A stretch of DNA of 64,000 nt from Eledone cirrhosa (lineage: Eukaryota): the NCBI GenBank assembly GCA_964016885.1, contig OZ024741.1:185008001-185072000 (forward strand), read 5' to 3'. Positions within the stretch are counted from its first letter, which is position 1, and each line of letters begins with the position of its first letter. Positions 13,030 through 29,315 of this stretch are shown piece after piece. The translations under genes were made by a program, and so were the position numbers. Under the pieces are notes generated by a model that ran no database searches, had not been told where the DNA came from, and saw nothing but the letters and a program-made list of their open reading frames with translations.

Positions 13030-15010
13030 ACGGTGAAAAGGAGGCTTCGTGTGAAAGACTCTCAACCGGCAAGTGCTTCTCGGCCAGACAGCAGATTCTC
13101 GGCTGTCATCCAAATAGTGCTGGTGTTGGAGGAATAAAAAGAAACAAGACATGAACCAACTTGACGATGAAATTGAATAAAACTGTAATGAAAGGTTACC
13201 TGAAAAGTGTTCCCACTAAAATCAGGTTATAGCAATGATATTGGTCTGTTTGAATTAGGTGAACAACAAGTAGCGGGTCAGGCTCGTGTAATATGAACTA
13301 ATGGATGGATAAGCGAGTTGGAAGTGGAGGAACTGTGTAGAGAATTTAAGCTGGAAATGGAAAGTGGAGTAGGTCAGGCAAATAATCTTATAGAAAGCGG
13401 GGCGAATCAGGTAAATGAACCTGTAGAACATGAGGATGCAGTGGTTGGGATAGCTGAGTAAGTAGCCGAAAAAGAAAATGATCTGAATGATTAGATAAAT
13501 AACACCTGGAGTAAAGATACAGCAATTGAGAAAATGAACGCTGACGAGCTAGGGCAAGATTTAATTGATATTCTGATTTTAATGGTGGATGAAATGAATA
13601 ATGATAGTGGGAGACCTATGAATCTAAGATTTGTAGCCAGAAAAAAGTTAAAAGAAACGACAGCTAAGATAAATAGGGTCATCCCATATCTTGAGGCAAA
13701 GAATCTTCACCAATGCAACAACAACCACAATTATGGTGAAAATATTGCTTCGTATCAACACGAAGAAAAACAGACCCGAAAGGAAAGAACCTTGGTGGAA
13801 GAAGCGGCTGAATAATCAATTCAAGGAAATAAGAAAGGATACCGCGAATCTTGAATCTTTATCAAAGGTGACATTACAAGACATCGATACTAAGTGTAGA
13901 TTGACAAGGAAATACTACACAATGAGAAAAGGACCAAATGCTATGATAGATGATCTAAAACAACGTCTCACAGCCAAAAGGGCAAAAATTAAAAGATATG
14001 GAAGCAGATTTATCCAGTATAGACGAAACTATCTATTTGACAACCACTAGATGTTTCCACAACTTGAATAGAATGAAAGAGGCAATGATGCTATACCTGA
14101 GGCTGAACAGACCAACACATTTTGGAGAGGGATTTGGGAGCAGGATGTTGATAATCGGGCAATGATATACACAAATATATGTCTAAGAGAAACGAGCCAA
14201 TGCTTAAGGGTGTATTGAAAGAAAAGACAATAGACAAGGGGTGTCCAAAAAAGTATTAACAACAAAAAGGAAGAACAACCTGAATGAAAAATCCCTTCTG
14301 AATTCTGTTTAGTTCTATTTGAACTGAACAAAATTCAGAGATCTGCAGACATGTGACTGGTTAAAGAAAGGGGACTTTGAGAAGTATACAGAGGAAATGC
14401 CATTGGTTGCACAGGAGCATATCATATTGACAAGGAGGAGACTGGCCCGCTCTGTAGGATCTGTGGGGAGAGCGAGGAAACTGTGGCTCACATCGTATAC
14501 GAGTGTAAGCACCTAGCTCAGACGCATTATAAAGGATGGAGCTATGATATCATAGGAAAGTGATCCATTTACGCACACAGAATAATTTACTTCATTCTGA
14601 GAAATAGTATGGACATAAACCAGAATAGGTGATAGAAACCGATCGGGTGTATGTGCTGTGGTATTTTAGTATACATTCAAAGATAGAATTAAAACACAGT
14701 GGGCCTAACATGGTAGTTATTTACAAGGAAAACAGTTATTGCTTGATTATAGATACAGCTTGCCCCTTCGACACAAGAGTGCATAAAAAGGAGAAAATTA
14801 ACCGGTACGAGCATCTAAAGTGGGAACTGAAAAAGATTTGAGACTGTCATAAGATCAAGGTCGTCTCCATCGTCAAAGGAGCATTAGGTACTACCTCGAA
14901 GAGTTTCCAAAGCTAGTTAAAGAATATTAGCCCAGTTCCCTTTTTTGGGGATCACTTCAAAAGGCATGTCCACTGGGAACAGCAAGGACCCTCCGATACG
15001 ACCTGAATAA
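13030..15010 (+). mobile_element. Decayed R4/Dong-like (RLE) non-LTR retrotransposon; RT core appears deleted
   Basis: PWWKKRL...LKQRLTAKRAKIKRY N-terminal region; CRICGE..ETVAHIVYEC zinc knuckle; HSGPNMVV..CLIIDTACPFD..KEKINRYEHL RLE domain; many stops. Confidence 0.8.
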
Positions 15011-15090
15011 CTGGCTTGATATTCATTAGAGCAAAGTTTCCGGTTAAATAACATCAAGGACTGAGATATCAAGTTCATAATATATATTTT

Positions 15091-15158
<68 letters not shown>

Positions 15159-15715
15159 TCCCCCTTCCTCCTTTCCCTGTTCTTTCATTCTTTCTCTCTT
15201 CTACAGGCCTGTGCCGCTAACAGTACCATTCTACCTCCTTTCTCTCGACGACTTGAGGTCTATTAGGCACACTCCATTCTCTCCCTATAACCTGTCCCAA
15301 CACAAACATTATACCAACGAAGATATTTATTTCTACGTTGTTAAGAGCCAGCTTTTCTTCGCAGTAATCTCAGATAAATCTTTGAAACTGCAGGTGGTTT
15401 GAATTCTGATGAGCGTATTTTAACGTTTGTGATCCCTTCTCATCCATTCTATTTCTTCCTTCCTATTATTTCTTCGAGTCAACTCACATTGAGCCGCTGA
15501 TTTCTGTCTTTCGAGGTTTACCCAACACCGTTTCCACGACATTTTCTGATTGAACAGCTTTCTTACGCCGAGTTTTTTTCCATTTCCCAGCGAATTCTAA
15601 TACATTCATGTTTCAAAACCCGATATGCGAGTTAATTTTGTTTATACACACACAGACACACATACACACACACAGAGACACACACACACTTCACATGTGT
15701 GGGTGTGTGTGTGTA

Positions 15716-15860
15716 TTTATTCCGGATTCAATTGGGGAGTAACCACAGTAAGTAAGATACTCAATATGTAGCAGAGTATAAATATTTAATATAGAAATGG
15801 CTTCTACAGGACTAGAACTGATTCAGTTCTAGTCCTGCAGAAGCCATTTCTATATTAAAT
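15716..15860 (-). mobile_element. Family E fold-back remnant
   Basis: Reverse complement of the 43453-43556 tail; palindrome 15784-15820/15824-15860 turns at the start of HHR stem III. Confidence 0.7.
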
Positions 15861-16536
15861 GTGTGTGTGTGTGTGTATGTGTGTGTGTGGTTATATTATC
15901 TTTATTATCATCATCATGGGCACGACAATTTAATTCTCACATACTAGTTCAACATTGATTTACCATTGTACACTACCTTACGTATCGTATTTTGGCTACA
16001 CAAGTAGCAGGTTTGATGGTAAAATAATCAATCACAGTATTCAATTTAGGAATTTCCCACGTTTGACCGTCTTGTACAAAAAGTAAAAATAAAAAATATG
16101 TATATATATAAATGCATTAAAATAATGGTAAGGAAAGTAGTGAATAACTCTTGTACAGAATACTTATAATATCGTAACTTAGTCCTTGCATCAAAAACTA
16201 CCACCAAACATTTAAGCACCGAACTCCTGCATATAAATACAACACAATTGGTTATTGTTCTACTCCATAACTGTCTATAGTTATTTGTAATTTTTCTCAT
16301 TTTTTTCTTTTATATGTGTTCCTGTGTAAGAGCGTGTTAGAATTTACCTGTCCGTCTGTGAGTGTATATGAAGTATGTAACACCGTCGAATCCGCTTCAA
16401 CTTCTTCCGCAGCAACAACAACTAATTGTAATTTCGTGTCTTGGACTACATTGAGATTATATACACACATACATACACAAACACACACACACGCAGAGAC
16501 AGAGAGAGAGAGAGACACACACACAGACACACACAC

Positions 16537-16569
<33 letters not shown>

Positions 16570-16619
16570 TGTATATATAAATATATATATTTATATATAT
16601 ATATATATATACATACATA

Positions 16620-16666
<47 letters not shown>

Positions 16667-16699
16667 ATATATATACGCACATACACACACACACACATG

Positions 16700-16801
<102 letters not shown>

Positions 16802-17366
16802 TAATCTATATACGATAGATAGACGATAATATATATATAATAGAATTTTACCGAAACGAAACACTAGAAAGAATTGGTAAGATAAATACAAAAACTAATA
16901 AGGAACAAACGCTGAATTTAGTTACCTCAGTGATCGATAATTTATCAATAAATGAGGAAAACTTTTCCAGATATTTCTTGTGTACGTTTATTTCCCGTCG
17001 TTTCGTGTCGTTTTACTTATTATCATTTTTGTATATTCTACTCTTACGTGAAGTGCGGAAATTAGAAGGAGTATTGGCTATGTCACTGTATTACTTTTTT
17101 GGTTTCTTTATAACCTTATAAAAGTGTATGTCCCTGCCTGCTAACATGGATGAGCATATGTGAGTAAGTACACACACACATATATGTACATACACCACAC
17201 ACACATACATACACGCACACATATATATATACACACACCCTACACACATATTTATACATACACCAAATACACACATACACAAACACACACATATATACAT
17301 ACACCACACACACACAAATATATATATACATACACTACACACACACACATACGTATGTATATATAT

Positions 17367-18414
<1,048 letters not shown>

Positions 18415-18459
18415 CACATACATTTATATATATATATATATATAGATATATAGATATAT

Positions 18460-18511
<52 letters not shown>

Positions 18512-18603
18512 ACATCGGTTAAGGTTGGCACCATTAACTCAAGGATGGATGTGGATATATTCATGTATATGTGTGTGTCCGCATGTATCTGTGTGTTTCT
18601 AAA

Positions 18604-18646
<43 letters not shown>

Positions 18647-18684
18647 TATATACATTTATATGTGTGTATATATATGTGTGTATA

Positions 18685-19293
18685 TTATGTCAGGTCACCA
18701 GTTGGTGCTACTGGTAACATGTATCCCAGTACAACCTGTCCCATGGTGGGTCGTTGGCGACTAAACTGGCAACCCCACGAAGGTTTCTTGGTGAGGAGGG
18801 TGACTTTGAACATCCTGCAGGACTAAAAACAAAACCTGTCAAAGGGCAAAGGAGCTCTTAAGAGTCAATGGCCATCCAAAATCACCGGGAGAGATGACCC
18901 CTTAGCCTTTGTCAAGGCAGAATTCTAGGAGAAGGAAAACTCTGATATAACACCTGCAACCCTGATGGTATCCAATGATGTTGACTTGTTCTTCTTTTTG
19001 ATAAATATCATCTTGGTTAAGAGAGTGGGACTGGCTTTGTGCAGTACCTTTGCTCACTATAAAAGCTTCACGGCACAGGCATTACTTTATATCTGGAGAT
19101 CTCTCTGCACTTGTCGTCACATAGTACCATGGGTCCAGCACTATGTGTCAATAATTGTCACAAGTGTAGTGTTTGTACCAGAGTTTTCAATACGCTGGCT
19201 GGACTAAAAGCTCACACTTGTTCAGCGCATCGGTAGGCGTTGTCCTACATGGATATAAAGTAGTGGCCGTACTCGAAGACGAGTTGGCAGCCA

Positions 19294-19297
<4 letters not shown>
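18685..19297 (+). mobile_element. Non-autonomous RTE-derived element, copy 1
   Basis: Structured 5' region plus a 3' end encoding [22 protein letters not shown] (C2H2-like LINE C-terminus); ends in (TA)n. Confidence 0.55.
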
Positions 19298-19354
<57 letters not shown>

Positions 19355-19464
19355 AGTGTACATATCTATATATCTATATATATATGTAAATGTATGTGTA
19401 TATATATATACACATATATATGCATTTATATGTGTGTATATATGTGTGTGTATATATATATAGT

Positions 19465-20045
19465 CAGTCACCAGTTGGTGCTACTCATAACATGTATTCC
19501 AGTACAATATGTCTCATGGTCGGGTCGTTGGCGACTAAACTGGCAACCCACCAAAGTTTCTTGGTGAGGAGGGGTACTTTGGACATCCTGCAGGACTAAA
19601 AACAAAACCTGTCAAAGGGCAAAGGAGCTCTTAAGAGTCAATGGCCATCCAAAATCACCGGGAGAGATGACCCCTTAGTTTTTGTCAAGGCAGAATTCTA
19701 GGAGAAGGAAAACTCTGATATAACACCTGCCACCCTGATGGTATCCAATGATGTTGACTTGTTCTTCTTTTTGGTGAATATCATCTTGGTCAAGAGAGTG
19801 GGACTGGCTTTGTGCGGTGCCTTTGCTTACTATAAAAGCTTCACGGCACAGGCTTTGCTTTATATCTGGAGATCTTTCTGCACTTGTCGTCACATGGTAC
19901 CATGGGCCCAGAACTATGTGTCAATAATTGTCACAGGTGTAGTGATTGTACCAGAGTTTTCAAGTCGCTGGCTGGACTAAAAAGTCACACTTGTTCAGCG
20001 CATCGGTAGGGGTTCTGCTACATGGATATAAAGTTGCCAGCCACC
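19465..20045 (+). mobile_element. Non-autonomous RTE-derived element, copy 2 (tandem)
   Basis: Highly similar to 18685-19297; CSDCTRVFKSLAGLKSH. Confidence 0.55.
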
Positions 20046-20316
20046 ATATATATATATATATATATATGCGAATGTTGAAATGACTGAGTATTTCATAGAC
20101 GCGTATTTCTGTAACATAATGTTTGGGTGAATCACAATGACACTGTGTAGTAAGGCTGGCCCTGCCTATTACAGGTACTCTCCATCCAACATGCTGCCTT
20201 ATTCTTTCCGTCTACCCAATTTCTCGTGCCTAGGTGAAAATATACTTGATAAAAATGCCCCGGAGCAGAACCGTTCATAATCTCATGATTGCGAAGCAGA
20301 TTTTCTAAACATTATA

Positions 20317-20530
20317 TTTGGTGGATTGACAGTAGCGGTAGAGCGTGCGATAACATGCCTTTCAACATGGAGTTACGGCCCTTTACGGTCTAAGTTCAAA
20401 TCCCGAGGTTAGCTTTGCTGTTCACCCTTAGGGGTTTGATAAAATAAAGCACCAGTAATGCACTGGGATCGATTTAATCAACTTGCCCTACCTCTAAAAT
20501 GTTTGGCCTTGTGCCTAAATCAGAAACCAT
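20317..20530 (+). mobile_element. tRNA-derived SINE
   Basis: A box, GTTCAAATCCC B box, conserved core, CCTTGTGCCTAAA tail. Confidence 0.8.
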
Positions 20531-20756
20531 TATATTATGCAGCACCCAGAAAATGTAAAGTCAGCAGTGGCATTTGCATATATAAACATATTGATGACGA
20601 ATTGGCGGCGAATTGGTTGTCGTCCAACTAATGGACAAACTGACTGGCGGTAATTGCTCAAGGTCTTTGCACTCAAATTTTCAATCATGTCAATCTATAT
20701 TAAATTTGATTATAAAAGTTCGGAGTTAATAAAATATATACCATTATATACATACC

Positions 20757-20797
<41 letters not shown>

Positions 20798-20929
20798 TAT
20801 ATATATGAGAGATAGGGTCCTATCGGTTGCCAGTTAATCGCTTTACCGTGTCGGTTGTCACAAACACTCATGACCGGCATGGGCCGGTGTTTGGATTATG
20901 TCGATCGATTGGTTATTGATTAGGCGATA

Positions 20930-21039
20930 CCCGCTGATGAAGCCGAATAAGCCGATTGTGCATTGTTGCATAATATATGCAGACAGATAGTGCAGTGCAC
21001 CTTACTGCTGCATTAGTGCGGCAGAAACTCGAATCCGGG
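20930..21039 (+). ncRNA. Hammerhead with ~80-nt stem II insertion (family F)
   Basis: cccg-CTGATGA-agccg...cggca-GAAA-ctcgaa-TC-cggg; stem III is probably a decayed CTCGAG palindrome. Confidence 0.6.
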
Positions 21040-21204
21040 AACCTTATAGGCACCCGTTTTACGTGTGTTGTGTTGAGGCAAATAACTATGTGTATACTCT
21101 GGTAATGTCTCTTACATTGCCCATTGAGTACGCTGAGATACAACCGGTACTGGCATTGATAAATATGGTGGGTCCGTCAAACCTTATTATATCTATATAT
21201 ATAT

Positions 21205-21345
21205 AGGAAAAGAGTCAGAACCCCTACAGTTGAGCTCCCGCCGTTTCGACAGCCAGATCCTATTACCCACTCTATTATCCTTAATATTGAGTACTCTGGT
21301 GCATTATGGGCCACCTCGTATCTTACCACACCCTCTTTGTTATAT
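21205..21345 (+). mobile_element. Family C remnant
   Basis: Inverted arm starting ATAGGAA plus tail CCTATTACCCACTC...TTGTTATATA. Confidence 0.6.
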
Positions 21346-21351
21346 ATATAA

Positions 21352-21406
<55 letters not shown>

Positions 21407-23175
21407 TTTGCGGTGTTCTGTTCTTTTTCGTTTTCAACGCTCTTGGGTTGTAGTTTCTTAATACCTCGCCCGATTTATCATTACCATCTAAACTACCGTT
21501 GCTTTTAATAGAGTTATCTTTGTTGTAAACATTTATGCAAGCTCTCTAGTTTGAGGGAAACACCCGCTTTTACTCCCACTACGCTAAAAAATTAGAGAGT
21601 GGAAGAAATTATCTGTATTTATTTATTAATATATATTAATTTATGCATGTATGTTTGTATATGTGAATATGTGCACGTGTGGCTGCATATTTGGCTGGTA
21701 TAAACAAACACAGGAGTTTCTGTTTCGAGTCGACAGTGCAAGTGTTTCAGCATAATTTCAAGTTGACTCAAGCAATACAAATGAAATTGGATACATGGAA
21801 ATTGTGCAGAGATTCGCTGGAAAGACTGTCTGTAATTGAAACGGTCCAGTTTTGGGATACAACCTCACACAGATTCTGATTTAGTAATACATTCAGAATT
21901 CGCGTGCAATTACAAGATAGTCATTTACACTATACTTGTCTCTAACATAGGCCACAGCAATTGGTCTGGAAGAATGAGCCTATCATACCATTGTCCAATA
22001 CTTCACTTTTAATTAATTTCATCCAACCGGATAGGATGAATTGCAGTGTTAAACTCGATGGGATTCGTAATCAGAACGCTGAGAGAGGTAGCTAAATTTC
22101 TCAAAGCCTTTCTTAGACATTCCACCGGTTTTCATTGAGTCGTACTAATAAGAGTGTATACTTTCAGCATGATCGAGTACATTGTGAGGAGAAGTGTAAC
22201 CTGATTAAATGAACTCCAGTTCTTGGCTACTACTTTATCCTATCGATATCTGAAGTTTGAATAGCAAAGTTGACCTCAGTAGGATTTGAACAAATTCTGC
22301 AAAGCATTTTGTCCAACCATCTAACGATTTTGCCAATCCACAGTTTGTGAAATTCTGGTGAAATTCTAGTAATTTTACCAGTCTTAGAATACGACTATGA
22401 ACTTATCAAATGTTATTTTTTGATGTTCTTTTTATTATTGTTGTTGATGATAATGATGCTCCTGTTTAGCTCTAGCAGAGCACAGATAGTATGGAAGAAT
22501 GATCAATACTTTCAAAATATTGTTCACGTCCAGAGCATTAACCAATGTCTAAAGGGTTTGCTTTATTTTATTTTTAAAAGAAGGGACTTGTCTACAAACA
22601 GGTAGATCTTTTTGCTATTTCTTCAAGTTGAGCGACCTAGCACAAACTTCTGTGTTTTTTTTAAACAGTAGCACGTGATATACGGAAAACTAAATTTGGT
22701 TGCCATTTCAAACAGGTTAACAGACCATGCCTCATACGTTGGCTGGAGAATATAGGTGGTTAATTGAAAGCCAATTGTAGGTTGGCTAGAACACATGCTA
22801 TGCTAGTTGAATTCAACTATTTTTCTAGGGCTTTATTCGATTCACGCACGCTATCTTGTGTAAGCAAAGCAATTATCGTTTCCAGGCGTGAGACGACGGG
22901 AGACAATTTCCCTTGCGTGTGGTAGTATATAAACTACTTTGCTCCAGTCCTTACTAGCACAATGAAATCTATTAAGGGGAGGGAGGGAGAGGAAAAGAAT
23001 GGCTGAGAGGCGGGGAAAGAGAGAGAGAGAAAAGTGAAAGGGAGATTAAAACTTATAGCTACAATTAGTACACTATGGTAAAAGACAAAGAAATATATTT
23101 TTAAAAATGTAAGTATGTTAGTGAGATTACCATTCGCCCCTGGAGAGCACACAGGAAGTGAAATGATGCAATATA

Positions 23176-23268
<93 letters not shown>

Positions 23269-23269
23269 G

Positions 23270-23373
<104 letters not shown>

Positions 23374-23376
23374 ATG

Positions 23377-23412
<36 letters not shown>

Positions 23413-23500
23413 CATATATGCATATATATATATATACATATTATATATATATATATATAGTATATATATATATATATGAGAGTGTATATGTACATTTACA

Positions 23501-23545
<45 letters not shown>

Positions 23546-24096
23546 ATGTGTGCATGTGTGAGTATATGTGTGTATGTGTGTAATCGTGTGGTAGACACTT
23601 GAGCAGCCCGAAGCACATCTTAATTTATCTAATCGAGGATTTTATCCGCTGATGACAGATCTCTACACCAATTACATATTCTTTAGGGCTAGCTAGAACG
23701 TCCATGAGAATTAAATAAACGGAGAAAATGAATATCTATATATATATAAAGGCACCTCATTCTAAACTAATCTAGCTATAATTGCAAATAAAAGGAAGAT
23801 GAAAAACAACAACAAAAACAACATCATCATCATCAACAACAACAAGATTTGAATAATTTATTACAAGGAAGGCATAAGATACCATGAAACGTAATAGAAA
23901 TAGTAGACAAATCTCTACCAAACCAAATAAAACGTCAGAAAAAATAGAAAGTTATATTATCAAATACAAACACACACACGTACGCACACACACAGATGCA
24001 CTTACACACACACACAAACACTCACACATGCACACTCACACATACACACTCACACATGCACACATGCACACATGCACACACATACACACACACACA

Positions 24097-24201
<105 letters not shown>

Positions 24202-24239
24202 CGAGCTGAGGATCCGCTAAGGTGAAACAATTGTTCTCG
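24202..24239 (+). ncRNA. Minimal hammerhead (family G)
   Basis: cgag-CTGAGGA-tcc gctaa ggt-GAAA-caattg-TT-ctcg. Confidence 0.75.
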
Positions 24240-24386
24240 GTGTGGTGAACTAACTGTTGTGTAACCACATCTACCTAACTCGTCCCATGGACTGAGTGCT
24301 CTACCACTACGGATATTACCTTACAGTCTTCTACCACTACACACACACGCACACACACACACACATATATATATATATACATATTA

Positions 24387-24424
24387 CGAGCTGAGGATCC
24401 GCTAAGGTGAAACAATTGTTCTCG
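24387..24424 (+). ncRNA. Minimal hammerhead (family G)
   Basis: Identical to 24202-24239. Confidence 0.75.
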
Positions 24425-24521
24425 GTGTGGTGAACTAACTGTTGTGTAACCACTTCTACCTAACTCGTCCCATGGACTGAGTGCTCTACCACTACGGATA
24501 TTACCTTACAGTCTTCTACCA

Positions 24522-24851
<330 letters not shown>

Positions 24852-24856
24852 TTATT

Positions 24857-25243
24857 CATGTCCTTAGAATTATTAGATAAAATATATACAATTTCCTCTC
24901 CCAATTAGTATAATTAACCTTACAAAAAATCAATTAGACCAGGCTATAAGAATATATATGAAGAAATATTTGATAAATAACCGAAAGCAGCCTCTTCGCA
25001 GTTGACCACAATAGAGTATTTACCCAACATTTGAACAGCATGTAGAAACTGACCAAATATATCGTCAACCATACACAATTAGGTATAAATTTAAAGTTAG
25101 AAGAAATGTGCACATTATCAAATATTTCTTCATAGAAGCCTTTATTCTTATAGCCTGGTCTAATTGATGTTTTTGTATGGTTAATTATGCTAATTGGGAG
25201 AGGAAATTGTATATATTTTATTTAATAATTCTAAGGACATGAT
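24857..25243. repeat. ~120-bp inverted repeat arms; related copy at ~26150-26430
   Basis: TCATGTCCTTAGAATT...TTTGATAA / TTATCAAA...AATTCTAAGGACATGA. Confidence 0.7.
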
Positions 25244-25344
25244 TTATGATATATTGCTTTGATTATTTAATTTATTAATTCTTCATTGAGCCACATCGTG
25301 AACGGTTTCCACATATATATCTGTGACTTTATGTATATGTTAAT

Positions 25345-25388
<44 letters not shown>

Positions 25389-25548
25389 TTGTGTTGGTGC
25401 TCTGAAATAGAGTTAAAGTTATATATATGAATGTACGTATCGTATATTTGTTGAAGCTAGGTAGTCACTAATTAAATTCATAGCGAAAGGCCTTCAAAAT
25501 GTTTTAAAATAAACATACTGTGTATTATTAAATATACAATACGTACAT

Positions 25549-25905
25549 TTGGTTGATGGGTGCTTCACGATAATGCTGAGGATGGCTCTTAACATTAATC
25601 AGTATACACTGAGGATTAAGAACTCAGAGCGCTACCGGAGCATCCCAAAAGTCAGCTCAAAAGTGACACAGAGGAGACTGAGTTTATCTGGACATGCTAA
25701 CCGACATCCAGGGTTGACAATGCACTCAGTGTTCCTGTGGGAGCCCCTGCGTGGGCACACTGGAAGAGGAAGACCAAAGTTAACATATGTTGATGCCCTA
25801 AGGACAGACACTGGCCTCTTGGAGAGGCAGGACATGACAGCGACAATGAGGGACAGAGAACGCTGGAGAGAACTCGTCCATGGATCTCGGGAATATTACC
25901 CGCCC

Positions 25906-25908
<3 letters not shown>
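25549..25908 (+). mobile_element. 5'-truncated RTE-clade LINE 3' end
   Basis: MLRMALN...RRLSLSGH...LWEP...GRPKLTYVD...DRERWR; runs into (TA)n. Confidence 0.85.
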
Positions 25909-25949
<41 letters not shown>

Positions 25950-25953
<4 letters not shown>

Positions 25954-26113
25954 AAAACGTTTGACCCCGACGGCTGAGTCCAGAAATCGCCGTCGAAACG
26001 GCTTGAGCTCTGCCGTCGGGCTCAAACATTTTCCTATTACCCACTCTACTACCCTAAGTATTGAGTACTCTGTTGCGTTATGGTCCATCTGGTTCCTTAC
26101 CACACTTCCTTCG

Positions 26114-26115
<2 letters not shown>
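25950..26115 (+). mobile_element. Family C fold-back copy
   Basis: Short inverted arm starting ATAGGAAA, then GAAACGGC..GCCGTC and tail. Confidence 0.7.
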
Positions 26116-26145
<30 letters not shown>

Positions 26146-26432
26146 TATAAAGTATGTTCATAGAATCATTTGATAATATATATACACCATTTCCTCTCCC
26201 AATTAGTATAATCTACCACACAAAAACCAATTAAACCAGGCTATAAGATTAAAAGGCACCTATGAAGAAATAGTAGATAAATAAACGACAGCCATCTATT
26301 CGCGATCAACCGCTATAGAATATTTACCCAACATTTCAATAGCACGTGGAAATCGATTAAATATACCGTCAACCATACACAATCAGGTATAAAATTAAAG
26401 TTAGAAGAAAAAATGCATATACACATACCAGG

Positions 26433-26473
<41 letters not shown>

Positions 26474-26631
26474 TTAAGGATACTATTTATGGTTATGTAT
26501 ATAATAAAACCTTTTATGGTTATATATTTTTTATATAAACCCCAAATAGTGAAAGGTAGTCATTCATTACTATCTTATTACCAGTAAGATAAATAGCTCA
26601 ATGTAATAACATCGGTTGTTTTACAGAGCAG

Positions 26632-26695
<64 letters not shown>

Positions 26696-27621
26696 GCGCG
26701 TGATGAGTCTTCTGGGTTAAGGCTCACTCGGTATTTAAAGCAGCAACAAATGTAAAACAACCCAACATTGCCGCTCAAACTAATACAAATCCTAGTCAAA
26801 TCATCCACAAAACCCACTTTACCACCTTAGATAAAGAGTTGCTATATTAGGTAAGTCCTAGATACACAATGTCTAAAGAAAATACGGGAAGAAACTTATT
26901 TGACCGAGAGGGTTTGGAAGTGATGAGTACATAGCTTTTCTTTTTAGGAAAAGCCGACGTTAAGTTCTTTAAGTATCATTTTGTCTTTAATGTGAGGGTT
27001 GAGAGGGAGGAGCTGCCCTGTAATAAATTTCGGCATAGAAGAATGTATCTAGCCTAGCAAAGCAGCTGTAGACTGACGGAAAGAAGCTAGAGAAGGCACC
27101 TGTCTTTGGTATTTCAATGTAAAACAGAGTGTATGTGAAATATGTTGCTGCCCCTTCAACATTTTGGGCATGTTATCATGTTTTTCTTTTATCATTATGT
27201 ACAGTTATTGCTATTTATTTTCTATTTATCGGTGGATTGGAAGAATCTTTAGAGCATTATCTCCCGGTTCATCAAATCTCGAAAGTCGTGGTGGTAAAGT
27301 GTGGTTTGGAGATGATTTGACTACCGTGAGTATTAGTTTGAGCGACAATATTTCTGCCCATTGCCAGGGTCAAAAGAATGACATACCCACCAAATCCTAG
27401 GGGTCAATCTAATCAACTAACTTTACCCCGCAAATTTCGGCCCGTTATAATGTATGAATTTATCCATCTAATAATGCTTTTATGGTTACTGTTATTTTAC
27501 TTTTATACTAGATGGTTCTTGATTTTATCCTGTTTTTTTTTACTTTCCATTGTATTTAGTCATTGTAACTGTCCCCCAATTCTTAGGATCTTATACCCAA
27601 TAACAGAAATAATCATTATTA

Positions 27622-28075
27622 TAGTGGATTGGCATAATCGGTAGAGCGTCAGACACAATGCTTTGCAACATAGAGTTATGGCCCTTTAAAAATTTCAAAT
27701 TTTACAATGTTTCTTATGCCAACCGGATTTTTACACTTCTAGCTCTGGCAATCGGTTGCTAGATTCCCCAGAAAAAGTAGTTATTGCATTCACCTGTCAC
27801 CCAAGAGATACGGGAGTTCGATTCCTTGAGGCATCACTGTCAACATTTTTTCGTCTTCTCTATTATATTTTCACAGAAATTATTTATAGTGAGCGACTAT
27901 TATTACAGCCACACACCATGCTTTGCAACATAGAGTTATGACCTTTTAGGTACTGAGTTCAAACCCCGCCGAGGTTAGCTTTGCTTTTCATCATCCTTAC
28001 GGGGTCGATAACATAAAGCACTAGTAATGCACTAGGGTCATTGCTGTCCTTGTGCCAAAAAGTAGAATCAATTAT
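27622..28075 (+). mobile_element. tRNA-derived SINE, split by an insertion
   Basis: Head at 27622-27690, body at ~27915-28075; duplicated ATGCTTTGCAACATAGAGTTATG. Confidence 0.65.
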
Positions 28076-28747
28076 TATTTTTGTTCATTTTTATCAGTGT
28101 AGCTTTGCTTAATCTTTTGTCAGGCAACATTTCAAACGTCACAGTACCATACAATTTAAGAGACAGCTACTCAGACATGACTTCTTCAACTCTTCTCAGT
28201 TACACAAGCAGACAAAGGAATTAATTGGGTTGGTTACTAGAAATAACTATGTCAAATTGCCAGTGTCAAGTGTTATTCAAGCTTTATCTTGAAATCTTCA
28301 TGAATCTGTAGAATAGATAAGATAAGAAGATTCCAGTGTAGTGATCTTGAAATTGGAATTGCAGTCATTTTTATATATATATATACAGAGAGAGAGAGAG
28401 AGGGGGGGGGTGAGAGACAGGGGCAGACAGACAGATAGACACATACATATATAGTTAGATGGATATATAATACATATAAGAATCTAAAACGTCAACATTA
28501 CTGTTCAGAGATTCAACTTTCGGATCTTTAGGCAGTAATTACAGTATTAAGAAAAATCTACGAATATGCACGTTTGTAAAAAAGTTATCTGATTTGTAAA
28601 AAGTTATTTGGACAAAGCGTGTATTTGTGTAGTTATCAACCTATGTGCCAATACACACACTGATGTATATACAGATATGGTTTCCCTGTGTACATATACA
28701 TACATACACACACACACATACATATGTACATATACATACATACATGC

Positions 28748-28846
<99 letters not shown>

Positions 28847-29278
28847 TTTATATAAATGAAAATATGAAATTAATGTGAGCAAGAAGCCAACAGTATTTCA
28901 TAATATATAAGTGACTATAACATCAAAATGGAAAATAATTAACGTAAGATATGGGAAAATAATTCAAACTCAATTTAAAAAAAATAAAGATAAAGATTTT
29001 ATCCGCAGATTTTTTGAAATCAAGGGAAAAAACCAATAGAGTCTTAACTCAGAATAAAATAAAGTTTAAATACTCATACTTCAATTTGGAAAAACTACAA
29101 ATGGTCTATATAGTCTTAAAAAGACTATTTCACGAAACTTTTCAGTGGGATTAATCACGGTTGGTGTCGTTCATCAGTAGAGCTCAACACGATAACCAAA
29201 ATATGCCAGAAAGGGAATTTAAAAGCAGGCTAGTTCACCTCGTGCGGAATTATGAAAATAAACACACATGGAGTATAA

Positions 29279-29315
<37 letters not shown>

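Noticed and set aside
16340-16460. Possible minus-strand exon ending in CAG|GTAAAT
   Set aside because: No clear acceptor site or recognisable protein similarity
22900-22945. TATATAAA box in non-repetitive sequence
   Set aside because: No downstream gene evidence; the motif is common in AT-rich DNA
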